Counted from the stretch's first letter, positions 48,856 through 58,916 are shown. The stretch: 64,000 nt of DNA from Alphaproteobacteria bacterium (GCA_965221125.1 CBDCRW010000006.1:288001-352000); one strand, 5' to 3'. Translations and numbers: made by a program. The notes: a model not told the origin generated them from the letters alone.

Positions 48856-48879
48856 CGCCACAGCATACGTGGCACGAGA

Positions 48880-48894
48880 GAACATTACAAGAAC
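48880..48894 (-). promoter_or_regulatory. Alphaproteobacterial LexA (SOS) box
   Basis: GAAC-ATTACAA-GAAC (GTTC-N7-GTTC on the minus strand), about 25 bp upstream of the radical SAM start. Confidence 0.8.
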
Positions 48895-48934
48895 ATTCGC
48901 GCGGAGGCCTCGTGCCGGGCCATGCTCGTGTCGG

Positions 48935-49783
48935 CTACGAGCGAATGCCGCGCAGCCGCTCGCTCCGCCGGCGCAGGAGCTCCACCATCGTGAGTAGCAC
49001 GATGGATATGAAGACGAGGAGCGTGGCGACCGCCAGGATGGTCGGGCGGATTTCTTCTCGGATGCCGGAGAACATCTTCCACGGGATCGTTCGCTGCTCC
49101 ACGGAGCCGACGAAGAGCACGACCACGACCTCGTCGAACGAGGTGATGAAGGCGAGCAGCGCGCCGGATATGACGCCGGGCAGGATCAGCGGCACGATGA
49201 CGACGAAGAAGGTCCGCGTCGGGCTCGAGCCGAGGCTCGCGGCGGCCCGGGTGAGCGAGTGGTCGAAGCCCACGAGCGTCGCCGTCACGGTGATGATGAC
49301 GAACGGGATGCCCAGAGCCGCGTGGGCCATGATGACGCCGAAGTGGGTCGAGGCGAGGCCGATCCGCGCGTAGAAGAAATACATCCCGGCGGCGGAGATG
49401 ATGAGCGGGACGATCATCGGCGAGATCAGCAACGCCATGATCGTCTTTCTGAACGGCATCTCGGGCCGGCTCAGTCCCAGTGCTGCCAGGGTGCCGAGGA
49501 AGGTCGAGATGAGGGTGGCGAAGACCGCGATGAGGAAGCTGTTCTGCACCGCTCTCTGCCAGGAATCCTCGGCAAAGAACTCGCGGTACCACTTGGTGCT
49601 GTAGCCTTCTGGATCGAAGGCGAGCATTTCCGGCGTGAAGGTGAAGTAGGGCAGCTCGTTGAAGCTGAGCGGGATGATGACGAAGATGGGGCCGACCAGA
49701 AAGATGAAGATCAGCACGCAGATCGTCCGGAACGAGTAGTACCAGGTTCGTTCGGACGGCGTGGCGTGCAGCGGCGGCGGCAT
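48935..49783 (-). CDS. Polyamine-type ABC permease (PotC-like)
   Basis: IIPLSFN, STKWY, PMIVPLII, RAAASLG, SFDEVVV. Confidence 0.92.
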   Translation of the reverse strand: MPPPLHATPSERTWYYSFRTICVLIFIFLVGPIFVIIPLSFNELPYFTFTPEMLAFDPEGYSTKWYREFFAEDSWQRAVQNSFLIAVFATLISTFLGTLAALGLSRPEMPFRKTIMALLISPMIVPLIISAAGMYFFYARIGLASTHFGVIMAHAALGIPFVIITVTATLVGFDHSLTRAAASLGSSPTRTFFVVIVPLILPGVISGALLAFITSFDEVVVVLFVGSVEQRTIPWKMFSGIREEIRPTILAVATLLVFISIVLLTMVELLRRRSERLRGIRS

Positions 49784-49788
49784 GAGCG

Positions 49789-51051
49789 CTATCCGAGCTT
49801 CATGTTGTTGACGCCGACGATCCGGTCGTAGAGGAAATAAAGCAGCAGAACGAGGGCGAGCAGGATGACGCCCAACGCCGCGGCCAAGCCCCAGTTCAAC
49901 GTCTCGCTGACGTGAAGGGCGATGATGTTCGAGATGAACGTGCCGGTTCGCCCGCCGACGAGCGCGGGCGTGATGTAGTAGCCGATCGACAGAATAAAGA
50001 CGAGAATGCAGCCGGCGCCGATGCCCGGCACGGTATTGGGCATGTAGACCCGCATGAAGCTGGTAAAGGGCGATGCGCCGAGCGAGCGCGCCGCGCGCAT
50101 GTACGAAGGCGAAATCGTCTTCATCACCGAATAAAGCGGCAGAATCATGAACGGCAAGAGAATGTGCGTCATCGCGACGAACGTGCCGATCTTGTTGTGA
50201 ATCAATTGTAATCGGCCGTCTTCGGAAACGATGCCGGTAAACACCATGAGGTCGTTCAGCACCCCTTCGGACTGGAGCAGGGCGATCCACGCGGTCGTTC
50301 GCACCAGCAGGGAGGTCCAGAACGGCAGCAGCACGAGAATCAGCAGCAGATTGCTGTGACGTGGCGGCAGCGTCGCCAGAAGGAAGGCGATGGGATAACC
50401 CAACAGCAGGCAGAGCACCGTGATGAGCGCGCTCATCCATAACGTGCGGTAGAAGAGGAACAGGTATATTCGTCGTTCCTCCGACTTCCAGGAAATGTCG
50501 CCCTTGTAGTCGACCTGAAGGTCGACCGCCGAGAGGAAATAGCTCTCCGTTACCGCGCTCGATTCCTGGTGTATGAGCCGCCAGGTATCAAGCTCGGCCC
50601 AGCGCTTGTCGATCGCGATGACCTGGTCCTTGAACGGCGCTTCGGTAATGCGCTTGGCCCGCCGCCCCGACTTGCGGAACAGGCTCGTCATGCCGGTCAT
50701 TTCGTAGTTCAGGCGCCGCCCGGCGCGGCCCAGCGTCTTGTCTTTGAACGACTCCTGAATATCCAGGACCAGGGCTTCGTAGACGAACTCGGGCGGCAGT
50801 TCCTCGCTCGCCGGGTCCCAGCTTTGAACGGCCAGCGTCGTGCGGGGAAGGACGGAGGAGACGATCTGGTTGTCGACGCTCCTGAACAGCATGTCGATAA
50901 CGGGAAAGACGAACGCGACCAGCAGGAACGCCAGGATGGGGACGACCAGCAGGAATGCGCGAACGCGCCTGCGCGACGTCGCCCGCCGCAGGCTGCGCTT
51001 CAGCGGCACGCCGTCGGCGGTCCGCAGCGTGCCGTCGGCGGCCGTGGTCAT
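49789..51051 (-). CDS. Polyamine-type ABC permease (PotB-like)
   Basis: GYPIA, LPFWTSLLVRT.AW, LPFMILPLY, RAARSLGA, YYITPALVGG. Confidence 0.92.
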   Translation of the reverse strand: MTTAADGTLRTADGVPLKRSLRRATSRRRVRAFLLVVPILAFLLVAFVFPVIDMLFRSVDNQIVSSVLPRTTLAVQSWDPASEELPPEFVYEALVLDIQESFKDKTLGRAGRRLNYEMTGMTSLFRKSGRRAKRITEAPFKDQVIAIDKRWAELDTWRLIHQESSAVTESYFLSAVDLQVDYKGDISWKSEERRIYLFLFYRTLWMSALITVLCLLLGYPIAFLLATLPPRHSNLLLILVLLPFWTSLLVRTTAWIALLQSEGVLNDLMVFTGIVSEDGRLQLIHNKIGTFVAMTHILLPFMILPLYSVMKTISPSYMRAARSLGASPFTSFMRVYMPNTVPGIGAGCILVFILSIGYYITPALVGGRTGTFISNIIALHVSETLNWGLAAALGVILLALVLLLYFLYDRIVGVNNMKLG

Positions 51052-51134
51052 GTCAGGCGGGCCGGGGGCCGCTCACGGGCCTCGAAGAAGCGGGGACGGG
51101 ACGCGATTGCGCGCCCCGTCCCGCTCCGGTTCCG

Positions 51135-52238
51135 CTACTTGGCGAGCCAGGTGTTGAACACCTCGTCGAGCTCTGCCCGGTGGTCGGCCCACCAGACATA
51201 GTCGAAGTCGAAGATGGTCTTGGCGTTGTTGGGATCGGTCGGCATGTGGGGCTTCATGTCGATGCCGAGATCGGCATGGTTGCCCACCAGCGGCGCCGAC
51301 GAGTAGCGGGCCGGACCGTAGGAGATGAACTTGGCCTGGTCGGCCAGCCGCTGCGTGTCGGTGGCGTAGTAGAGATACGCCTTCACCGCCTCGAGATCCT
51401 TGACGCCCACGGGCACCACCCAGCCGTCGAGATCGAACACCTGCCGATCCCACATCATGGCGACGGGCTGGCCCTTTTCCGCAATGAGCGAAAAGAGTCG
51501 GCCGTTGTAGGTCGACCCCATGACAACTTCGCCGTCCGCCAGACGCTGCGGAGTCTCGGCCCCCTTGGACCACCAGATCACCTGATCCTTGATAGTATCC
51601 AGCTTTGCAAGGGCTCGCTCCACGCCCTCAGGTGTGCTGAGCATCGGGTAAACGTCCCCAGGCGCGACGCCATCAGCAAGCAGTGCCCACTCGAGATTGT
51701 TGATGGGCCGGCGCTCCAGCGAGCGCTTGCCGGGGAACTTCTCGAGGTCGAACACGTCGGCGATCGTGGACGGCTGCTCACCCTCGAAGGCATCGGTGCG
51801 GTAGCCGAAGGTCGTGGAATAGACGATCTGCGGGATGAAGCAGTTGGTCCCGCCCGGCGAGAGCGTGCCGGCGAAGAAATCCTCCGACGCGGGCGTACCG
51901 TCGGGTGCCGGCGCCAGCCACGTGTCGGGGTCGATTTCCATGATGAGGCCTTCGTCGCACGCGGTGATCGCGTCGGAGGCGATCATGTCGACGACGTCCC
52001 AGGTGACGTTGCCCGATTCCACTTGGGCCCTTATTTTGGCGAGACCCTCGTTGGCGGAATCGTCGTTGATGATGTTGACGTCCGGATTGGCCGCCATGTA
52101 GGGGTCGTGATAGGCCTTCTGCTGGCTCGCCGTGTAGGCGCCGCCCCACGACACGATCGTGAGGTCGACCGCCTGGGCGCTGCCGGCCGCCATCGCGACG
52201 CCGGCGGCAACCACTGTCGCACTCAACAACACTCTCAT
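51135..52238 (-). CDS. Polyamine-type ABC substrate-binding protein
   Basis: Signal peptide; SWGGAY, SGNVTWDVV, FDLEKFPGKR, LEWALLADGV, YNGR. Confidence 0.92.
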   Translation of the reverse strand: MRVLLSATVVAAGVAMAAGSAQAVDLTIVSWGGAYTASQQKAYHDPYMAANPDVNIINDDSANEGLAKIRAQVESGNVTWDVVDMIASDAITACDEGLIMEIDPDTWLAPAPDGTPASEDFFAGTLSPGGTNCFIPQIVYSTTFGYRTDAFEGEQPSTIADVFDLEKFPGKRSLERRPINNLEWALLADGVAPGDVYPMLSTPEGVERALAKLDTIKDQVIWWSKGAETPQRLADGEVVMGSTYNGRLFSLIAEKGQPVAMMWDRQVFDLDGWVVPVGVKDLEAVKAYLYYATDTQRLADQAKFISYGPARYSSAPLVGNHADLGIDMKPHMPTDPNNAKTIFDFDYVWWADHRAELDEVFNTWLAK

Positions 52239-52321
52239 CTTGCTCACTCCCTCTCGTTTGCCGGACATGCCGGCGGGTTCTCAAGCCTCGCATCGGCGGC
52301 GCCGACGCGTCTTGATCCAAA

Positions 52322-53437
52322 TTAGCCGGGCTCGGCTTCCTCGCTTGGCGCGTCCAATGCCCGGCAATCTTCCGCGGCCCAGCCGAGGTTGACGTCCATC
52401 CCTTCGCGCAACGCGGCGTGGCGTTCCGTATTCGGAATCTTCACGACGAACTCGTCGGTTCCCGCGACGGCCAGGCGCGCGCGGATATGGTCTCCGAGAT
52501 AGATCAACTCCTCGACGCGGCCGACGATCGAGTTGTCCACCTCACCGTCCTGGCACGCGACAATCACGCGCTCGGGCCGGAGCGAAAGGGTCGTGCGCGC
52601 GCCCGCCCCTTCGACCCTCACGTTGAGAGCGCGAACGGTGCCGCCGCCGTCCAGATTTACGTCGCAATGCTGGCCCTCGAGGGAATTAACCTTGCCGCAC
52701 AGACGATTGTTCTCGCCGATGAACTGCGCGACGAACGCGTTTTCCGGCTGTTCGTAAAGCGCGCTGGGGCTTGCCAACTGTTGAATGACGCCATCGTTGA
52801 ACACCGCAATACGATTGGACATGGTCAACGCTTCGGACTGGTCGTGCGTGACGTAGACGATGGTAACGCCCAGCTCCTCATGCAGGTGCTTGATCTCGTA
52901 CTGCATCTCCTCCCGCAGGTTCTTGTCCAGGGCGCCGAGCGGCTCGTCCATGAGCACCAGGTCGGGCTCGAACACCAGCGCCCGCGCCACCGCCACCCGC
53001 TGTTGCTGGCCGCCGGACAATTGACCCGGCCTGCGGCCGCCGAAATCCGGCAGGCGAACCATGTCGAGCGCCCGCTTTACTTTCGCCTCGATCTCGGACT
53101 TCCGAAACCTGCGGACCTTCAGAGGAAACGCGAGGTTTTCCGTCACGGTCATGTGCGGAAACAATGCGTAATCCTGAAACACCATGCCGATATTTCGGCG
53201 ATGCGGGGCGACCTTGTTTATGGGGTTTCCGTTCAGGTAAATCTCGCCGTGGGTCGCCGGCTCGAAGCCCGCCAGCATCATCAGGCACGTGGTCTTTCCA
53301 GAGCCGGAGGGACCCAGCATCGTCAGAAACTCGCCGGACTTTATGCTCAAATTGAGGTCTTTTACGACCAGGATTTCGCCGTCGTAGCTCTTTTGAACGC
53401 GGTCGAAGACCACGATATCGGGCGTGTCGACGCTCAT
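52322..53437 (-). CDS. Polyamine-type ABC ATP-binding protein (PotA-like)
   Basis: GPSGSGKT, LSGGQQQR, LMDEP, YVTHDQSEAL. Confidence 0.93.
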   Translation of the reverse strand: MSVDTPDIVVFDRVQKSYDGEILVVKDLNLSIKSGEFLTMLGPSGSGKTTCLMMLAGFEPATHGEIYLNGNPINKVAPHRRNIGMVFQDYALFPHMTVTENLAFPLKVRRFRKSEIEAKVKRALDMVRLPDFGGRRPGQLSGGQQQRVAVARALVFEPDLVLMDEPLGALDKNLREEMQYEIKHLHEELGVTIVYVTHDQSEALTMSNRIAVFNDGVIQQLASPSALYEQPENAFVAQFIGENNRLCGKVNSLEGQHCDVNLDGGGTVRALNVRVEGAGARTTLSLRPERVIVACQDGEVDNSIVGRVEELIYLGDHIRARLAVAGTDEFVVKIPNTERHAALREGMDVNLGWAAEDCRALDAPSEEAEPG

Positions 53438-54211
53438 TCGAATACCCGATATCGGGAGCGCGGTCCGCAATTCACCGGTGATCTTCGCCACGTGCCGGCA
53501 ATCTGCGGCGCAAGCCAATACTCTGCCGATGAGAACTCGTTCCGCCCTTGATATTCCCGCGAATTCAGCGGAATTCCGGAGGCGCGATATGTGCCCGGAC
53601 TAGCGCGCACCGGCAACACCCCGGAGCATGTTGACCGAACTCGGGACGCCGGCGCAGGGTCTCGCCGATGCGGCGCGTCGATCCGTTCGGCCAAAAAGAG
53701 CAAGGATTTCGCCGGAAATCAGGCAGACAGTATCGAACTTTTTCCCGACATTAGGATGAAAAAGACATTCGTAATCGGCAAACACATTCCAGGCAAATAA
53801 CCGAGCTTTCCCCCCAATTAATTCGCGCCACAATGGCCTCATGAACCGTACCATTCGTTCTTCCCAAGCCACGGCGGCGTGCTCGACCCTTGATGGATCG
53901 GACAAGCAGCGATCAATCCTGTTCTCTGGCAATTGGGCTGTCAACAGCATTTTCGGAGAGAGTCCCTCTTCAAGCGGTCTTCCGGGGACGGATCGATCGC
54001 GCATCGGCCGCTCGGTCCTTGCGGCGCCCTTCTCCGCCCACCATGTCACCAATTGAGAGCAAGGAGGGCGCACGGCCGATGACGCCCCGGCGGATGCCCC
54101 GCCGCTGCTGCCGGATCACATCGAATAGACGGAGCTGAACGACAGGGAGATCACACCGAGCAGGCCGCCCCGCCCCTGGGCACGCGCGGTGCGGCGACGG
54201 AGACCAGGACC

Positions 54212-55033
54212 ATGGAGTACAAGGACATCGTCGTGCATCTCGGCAAGGATCACCGCTCCGGAGCGCGGCTCGACGCCGCAATCCAGCTGGCCCAGGAGCA
54301 TGACGGCAGGGTGACGGGCGTCTACGTGCTGTCCCGCCGCAACGTCCCCGGATTCATCCTCGCCGAATTTCCGCCGGAAGTCGTGAAGCGGCTGGATACG
54401 GAAGAACGCGCGCACGCCGAAGCGGCCGAGGACGCGTTCCGCGAGCTGACGGCGAGGACCGGCGTGCCCGGCGAATGGCGCCTCGCGAGCGGCGAGTTCG
54501 CCGATGCCATCGTGACCAGCGCCTACTACGCCGACGTCGTCATCGTCGGCCAGACCGACCCGGACGATGACGAGAATCACGCCGGGCTGGCCGAGGACGT
54601 GATGATGGGCGGCGGCGGCCCCGTGCTGATCTGGCCCTATGCCGGCGCCTTCGCCTCCAACCCGGAGACAATCATGCTGGCCTGGAACGGCACGCGCGAG
54701 GCGAAGCACGCGCTCGACGGTGCGCTGCCGCTCATGCAGCACGCGCGCAAGGTGGTGGTCTTCGGCGTCGACCGCTGCGACGGCAAGCACATCCCCGGCG
54801 CCGACGTCAGCGCCCACCTGGCGCGCCACGGGGTGCGAGCGGAGGCCCGGCACACGCTGACCACGCCGGGCATCGGCGTCAGCGACGCCCTGCTCTCGGA
54901 GATCGGCGACCACGGCATCGGCCTCCTCGTCATGGGCGGCTACGGCCACAGCCGCCTGCGGGAGACGCTGCTGGGCGGCGTGACCCGCGACGTGCTGCGC
55001 GAGATGACGGTGCCGGTCCTGATGGCGCATTAG
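54212..55033 (+). CDS. Universal stress protein (tandem Usp)
   Basis: YKDIVVHL, ADVVIVGQ, AWNGTREA, LLVMGGYGHSRLRE.LLGGVTR, PVLMAH. Confidence 0.92.
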   Translation: MEYKDIVVHLGKDHRSGARLDAAIQLAQEHDGRVTGVYVLSRRNVPGFILAEFPPEVVKRLDTEERAHAEAAEDAFRELTARTGVPGEWRLASGEFADAIVTSAYYADVVIVGQTDPDDDENHAGLAEDVMMGGGGPVLIWPYAGAFASNPETIMLAWNGTREAKHALDGALPLMQHARKVVVFGVDRCDGKHIPGADVSAHLARHGVRAEARHTLTTPGIGVSDALLSEIGDHGIGLLVMGGYGHSRLRETLLGGVTRDVLREMTVPVLMAH

Positions 55034-55241
55034 CCCGCAATTCTCGCCAAGGTCTTGGCGGGGCGAAGGGTGGGTCAGGACCACACCGCGGGTCAGTCGA
55101 TTTTTGATGGGCCTCTCCCTTAATTTCGGCATTGGGAGTCCTCCGCGCGAACGGCTACATTGCCGCTCTTCCGCGCGCGATCAGGCGCGACACCACGATC
55201 GCGGAGGACGGAACGGACATCCGACAGGACTGGGGCCAGCG

Positions 55242-56087
55242 ATGAGCGAACGCAGCTACTTCACCCCGGTGGCCGGCCTTCCGCCGCAGCAGGCGCTGCT
55301 GACCGACCGCGCGGTGATCACCGAGGCGTACACGATCATTCCGCGCGGCGTGCTGCGCGACATCGTCACCAGCAGCTTCCCGCACTGGCAGGGCACCCGC
55401 GCATGGGTGCTGTCGCGCCCCATCGCAGGGTTCGCGACGACGTTCTCCCAGGCGATCGTCGAGATCGAGCCCGGCGGCGGCAGCGCGCGGCCCGAGCCGG
55501 CCACCTACGTCGAATGCGTGCTGTTCGTCATGGCCGGCCAGGTGCGGCTCACGCTCGACAACGTCGAACACACGCTTGAGCCCGGCGGCTATGCCTACGT
55601 GGCGCCGGCCACGCGCTGGGCGGTCGCGAACACAGGCGACGAGCCCGCCTCCTTCCACTGGATCCGAAAGGCGTATCAGCCCGCTGACGGCATCAACGTG
55701 CCGGAGTGCTTCGTGACCTCCGACCACGACGTGGACCCGGAGCCGATGCCGGACACGGACGGCGCCTGGGCGACGACGCGCTTCGTGGACTCGGACGACC
55801 TGCGCCACGACATGCACGTGAACATCGTGACCTTCCAGCCGGGTGGGGCGATCCCCTTCGCCGAGACCCATGTCATGGAACACGGGCTCTACGTGCTCGA
55901 GGGCAAGGCGGTGTACAGGCTCAACCAGGATTGGGTGGAGGTCGAGGCCGGCGACTACATGTGGCTGCGCGCCTTCTGCCCGCAGGCCTGCTACGCCGGC
56001 GGGCCGGGGCCGTTCCGCTACCTGCTGTACAAGGACGTGAACCGCGTGCCCACGATGCCCGTCCCCGGCGCGCCCGCGCCCGCTTAG
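55242..56087 (+). CDS. allE: (S)-ureidoglycine aminohydrolase (bicupin, AllE/YlbA)
   Basis: DRAV.TEAY, DIVTS, DLRHDMHVNIVTFQPG, ETHVMEHGLYVLEG, LRAFCPQ, YLLYKDVNR. Confidence 0.9.
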   Translation: MSERSYFTPVAGLPPQQALLTDRAVITEAYTIIPRGVLRDIVTSSFPHWQGTRAWVLSRPIAGFATTFSQAIVEIEPGGGSARPEPATYVECVLFVMAGQVRLTLDNVEHTLEPGGYAYVAPATRWAVANTGDEPASFHWIRKAYQPADGINVPECFVTSDHDVDPEPMPDTDGAWATTRFVDSDDLRHDMHVNIVTFQPGGAIPFAETHVMEHGLYVLEGKAVYRLNQDWVEVEAGDYMWLRAFCPQACYAGGPGPFRYLLYKDVNRVPTMPVPGAPAPA

Positions 56088-56097
56088 AGCGTTTCCG
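56085..56097 (+). repeat. Terminal fragment of the dispersed repeat
   Basis: TAGAGCGTTTCCG is identical to the first 13 nt of copy 2 and again starts on a TAG stop (allE). Confidence 0.5.
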
Positions 56098-56328
56098 CTC
56101 GCCGGACGCACGAGTCAGGAAATTCGGGGGCGTCTTTTACAAGCGAACGCGGACTCTCTATGAGTCTGACGAGCATGACGCATCGGCCAGACGAGCCATG
56201 ACCGATCCCCGCGCGAGCCTTGGACATGTCATCCATCAGCGAACGGCCGAACTGACCCGCGAGCGCCTGAGCGAGGGGTACACGTGGGACGACCGGGAAA
56301 CCCTGCAGGGCTCCGGGGAGCGAACGCC

Positions 56329-57642
56329 GTGACCCCTGGCGAGATCGTCTACCTGGTCTGGAACGATCTCGTGGGCCTGTCGCGGACGCGGGGGCTGCCG
56401 GTCGCGGAGTACGAGCGGCGCAAGGCCCACGGGCTGGGTTGGGCGCTGGCGGGCCAGGCGATGACGCCCTTCGAGGACATCGCGGAGAACCCGTGGGGGC
56501 CGATGGACGAGGTCCGCCAGATTCCCGACGACGGGACGCGGCGGCGGGTCGTGCTGCGGCCCGAGCACCCGGCGCTTCACCTGGTCTTCTGCGACAGCCT
56601 CAACCCCGACGGGAGCCCCTGGGAGTGCTGCACGCGGAGCTTCCTCGCGGCGGCGCTCAAGGACATGAAGGCGGAGACCGGCCTCGAGCTGCACATCGCC
56701 TACGAGAACGAGTTCGCGCTGCACGGCGAGGATCTGCGCTGGGCGGCGCCGTTCTCGCTGGATGCCGCGCGGCGGATCGCGCCGTTCGCCGACCTCTGCG
56801 TCGCCGCCCTGATCGACGCCGAAGCCGGGATCGAGACCTTCGAGCCCGAGTACGGCGTGGGGCAGTTCGAGATCACCTGCGGGCCTGCCGCCGGGCTGGC
56901 GGGCGCCGACCGCGTGGTTCTCACGCGCGAAGTCGTGCACGAGGCGGCGCGGCAGAGCGGCCTGCGCGCCACGTTCTCCCCCAAGCCCGCGCCCGATGCG
57001 GTCGGCAACGGCTGCCACCTTCACGTGAGTTTTCGGGACGCCGACGGGAACGCCGCTGCCCACGACGCGGACGCGCCGGGAGAGCTGAGCGCGGTCGCCG
57101 CCAGCTTCGTCGCGGGCGTGCAAAGCCATGTCGACGCCCTCTGCGCCGTGACCGCGCCGAGCCCCGTTTCCTACCTGCGCTTGGGCCCCCATCACTGGAG
57201 CTGCGGCTACGACATCGTGGGCCTCCAGAACCGCGAGGCGGCCATTCGCATCTGCCCCTCGCCCGCCGCCGATCCGGCGGAGCGCGGCGAGGCCTTCAAC
57301 ATCGAGTTCCGCTTCACCGATTCCACAGCAAGCCCCTACCTCGCCATCGGCGCGATCGTGCGCGCAGGCCTGCAAGGCATCCGCGACGGGCTGCCGCCGC
57401 CCACCCTGGTGGACGGCGAGCCGGACGACCTGAGCGCGGACGAGAGAGAGGCGCGCGGCATCAAGCGGCTCCCCACCTCGCTCGAACAGGCGCTCGAGGC
57501 GTTCGAGGCCGACGAGACGGTGAAGGGCTGGTTCACGCCCACGATGGTGCAGGCCTACACCGCGCTCAAGCGGCACGAGATGCGGCTCTATTCGGAATCG
57601 CGGCCCGAGCGCATGTGCGAGAGATACGTGCAGGTCTACTGA
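56329..57642 (+). CDS. Glutamine synthetase-like (gamma-glutamyl ligase) protein
   Basis: GTG 56329 after GGGGAG; YENEF, EYGVGQFE, GNGCHLHVS, NREAAIR, IEFRFTD..ASPYL. Confidence 0.88.
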   Translation: MTPGEIVYLVWNDLVGLSRTRGLPVAEYERRKAHGLGWALAGQAMTPFEDIAENPWGPMDEVRQIPDDGTRRRVVLRPEHPALHLVFCDSLNPDGSPWECCTRSFLAAALKDMKAETGLELHIAYENEFALHGEDLRWAAPFSLDAARRIAPFADLCVAALIDAEAGIETFEPEYGVGQFEITCGPAAGLAGADRVVLTREVVHEAARQSGLRATFSPKPAPDAVGNGCHLHVSFRDADGNAAAHDADAPGELSAVAASFVAGVQSHVDALCAVTAPSPVSYLRLGPHHWSCGYDIVGLQNREAAIRICPSPAADPAERGEAFNIEFRFTDSTASPYLAIGAIVRAGLQGIRDGLPPPTLVDGEPDDLSADEREARGIKRLPTSLEQALEAFEADETVKGWFTPTMVQAYTALKRHEMRLYSESRPERMCERYVQVY

Positions 57643-57710
57643 CGCAATCGAACACGCCGCCGCGGCGGCGACCGCCGGCGAGCGGGCCGCAAGCAAGGGA
57701 GACGACAGCC

Positions 57711-58397
57711 ATGGAGCGCAGCGAAATCGATGCCATTCCCCTGGACGGCGACGTGTCGTTCCGCCAGCGGGCGGTGGAGCCGGCGCGGGCCGCGCTGCTC
57801 GTCATCGACCTGCAGAAGGGCGAGTACGACGCGGAGCGGCGCCCGGAAAACCCGAGGGGCCAGTACATGCACGACCGCGTCCGCGACGTCGTCATCCCCA
57901 ACGGGCAGCGCCTGATCGCCGCCTGCCGGGAGGCCGGCATCGAGGTCATGTACACGGTGATCGAGTGCCTGACGAAGGACGGCCGGGACCGCAGCCTGGA
58001 CTACAAGATTTCCGGCATCTTCGCCGCCAAGGGGTCGCGGGAGGCCGAGGTCCTCGACGAGCTGCGGCCCGGCGACGACGACATCGTCATCCCCAAGACC
58101 TCCTCGAGCCTGTTCAACTCCACCAACTGCGAGTACGTGCTGCGCAACCTCGGCGTCGAGTACGTGATCGTCATGGGGATGTTGACCGACCAGTGCGTCG
58201 AGACCGCCGTCCGCGACGGCTGCGACCGCGGCTTCCTGATGACGCTGGTGGACGACGCCTGCGCCACCTATTCGGAGCAGCGCCACCGCGAGGCCCTGGT
58301 GGGCTTCAGGGGCTACTGCCGGGTCCGCACCACGGACGAGCTGCTGGAAGAGCTGGGGCAGGCGCAGAGCGCACGCGCCGTCGCCGCATCGGCCTGA
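57711..58397 (+). CDS. Isochorismatase-family cysteine hydrolase
   Basis: ALLVIDLQ, IPKTSSSLF, TDQCVETAVRD. Confidence 0.9.
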   Translation: MERSEIDAIPLDGDVSFRQRAVEPARAALLVIDLQKGEYDAERRPENPRGQYMHDRVRDVVIPNGQRLIAACREAGIEVMYTVIECLTKDGRDRSLDYKISGIFAAKGSREAEVLDELRPGDDDIVIPKTSSSLFNSTNCEYVLRNLGVEYVIVMGMLTDQCVETAVRDGCDRGFLMTLVDDACATYSEQRHREALVGFRGYCRVRTTDELLEELGQAQSARAVAASA

Positions 58398-58508
58398 GGC
58401 GGGGGCGCTTCGGCGCTTGGGGTGTCTGGAACGGCGGCGATCTTGGTGTTATATAGAGCCCGCGTGGGCGTTCCACCGGGAGGTGAGCGGCCAGGACATA
58501 GCGAATGA

Positions 58509-58584
58509 TCCCCGGTAGCTCAGTTGGTAGAGCAAGCGGCTGTTAACCGCTGGGTCGCTGGTTCGAGTCCGGCCCGGGGAGCCA
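58509..58584 (+). tRNA. tRNA-Asn (GTT)
   Basis: Acceptor stem TCCCCGG/CCGGGGA, D arm GCTC..GAGC, anticodon loop CT-GTT-AA, GGTTCGAGTCC, encoded CCA. Confidence 0.97.
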
Positions 58585-58644
58585 CCTTTAGAGGGTAGGT
58601 GTTTGAAAACAAACAGTTTTTAGACCCTGAAGCCTTCTCAGTTC

Positions 58645-58681
58645 CCCCAGATGTTCCGCCAGCCCGGCGGAACATCTGGGG
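58645..58681. other. Perfect 16-bp inverted repeat downstream of the tRNA
   Basis: CCCCAGATGTTCCGCC-agccc-GGCGGAACATCTGGGG. Confidence 0.7.
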
Positions 58682-58765
58682 AGCCGCAGCCTCAACATTC
58701 CGGAGTCGCGTTGGTCGGCAACTTGGCACCACTGTCCGGGGCCGAGGGGAGTCGAACAATCTCAA

Positions 58766-58778
58766 TAACCTATTGATT
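58766..58778 (-). promoter_or_regulatory. IHF consensus site
   Basis: Minus strand AATCAA-TAGG-TTA matches WATCAA-N4-TTR in an AT-rich context. Confidence 0.6.
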
Positions 58779-58916
58779 TTATTGAATGGACTTAACCATT
58801 TCTCAAGACTTCCACCATTCTTCCCACCACTCTCATACGGGAATGTAGGGGCTTTTGCGGAGCATGTCACCACTGTGTCAGTATAGTGCGCTACTTGGAA
58901 CTGCTGGGAGGCAGAG

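Noticed and set aside
53600-54281. Short ORFs in the long intergenic region
   Set aside because: No motifs, mutually overlapping, atypical composition.
56165-56302. CTGACGAG ... GAAAC resembling a hammerhead core or riboswitch upstream of the GS-like gene
   Set aside because: No stem II closing directly onto GAAA; spacing far too long; no recognisable aptamer.
56439-57710. Apparent long N-terminal extension on the isochorismatase
   Set aside because: Off-frame overlap with the GS-like gene; RBS and homology place the start at 57711.
58678-58685. GGGGAGCC as a duplicated tRNA 3' end (att core)
   Set aside because: Only 8 nt in GC-rich DNA, so not significant.
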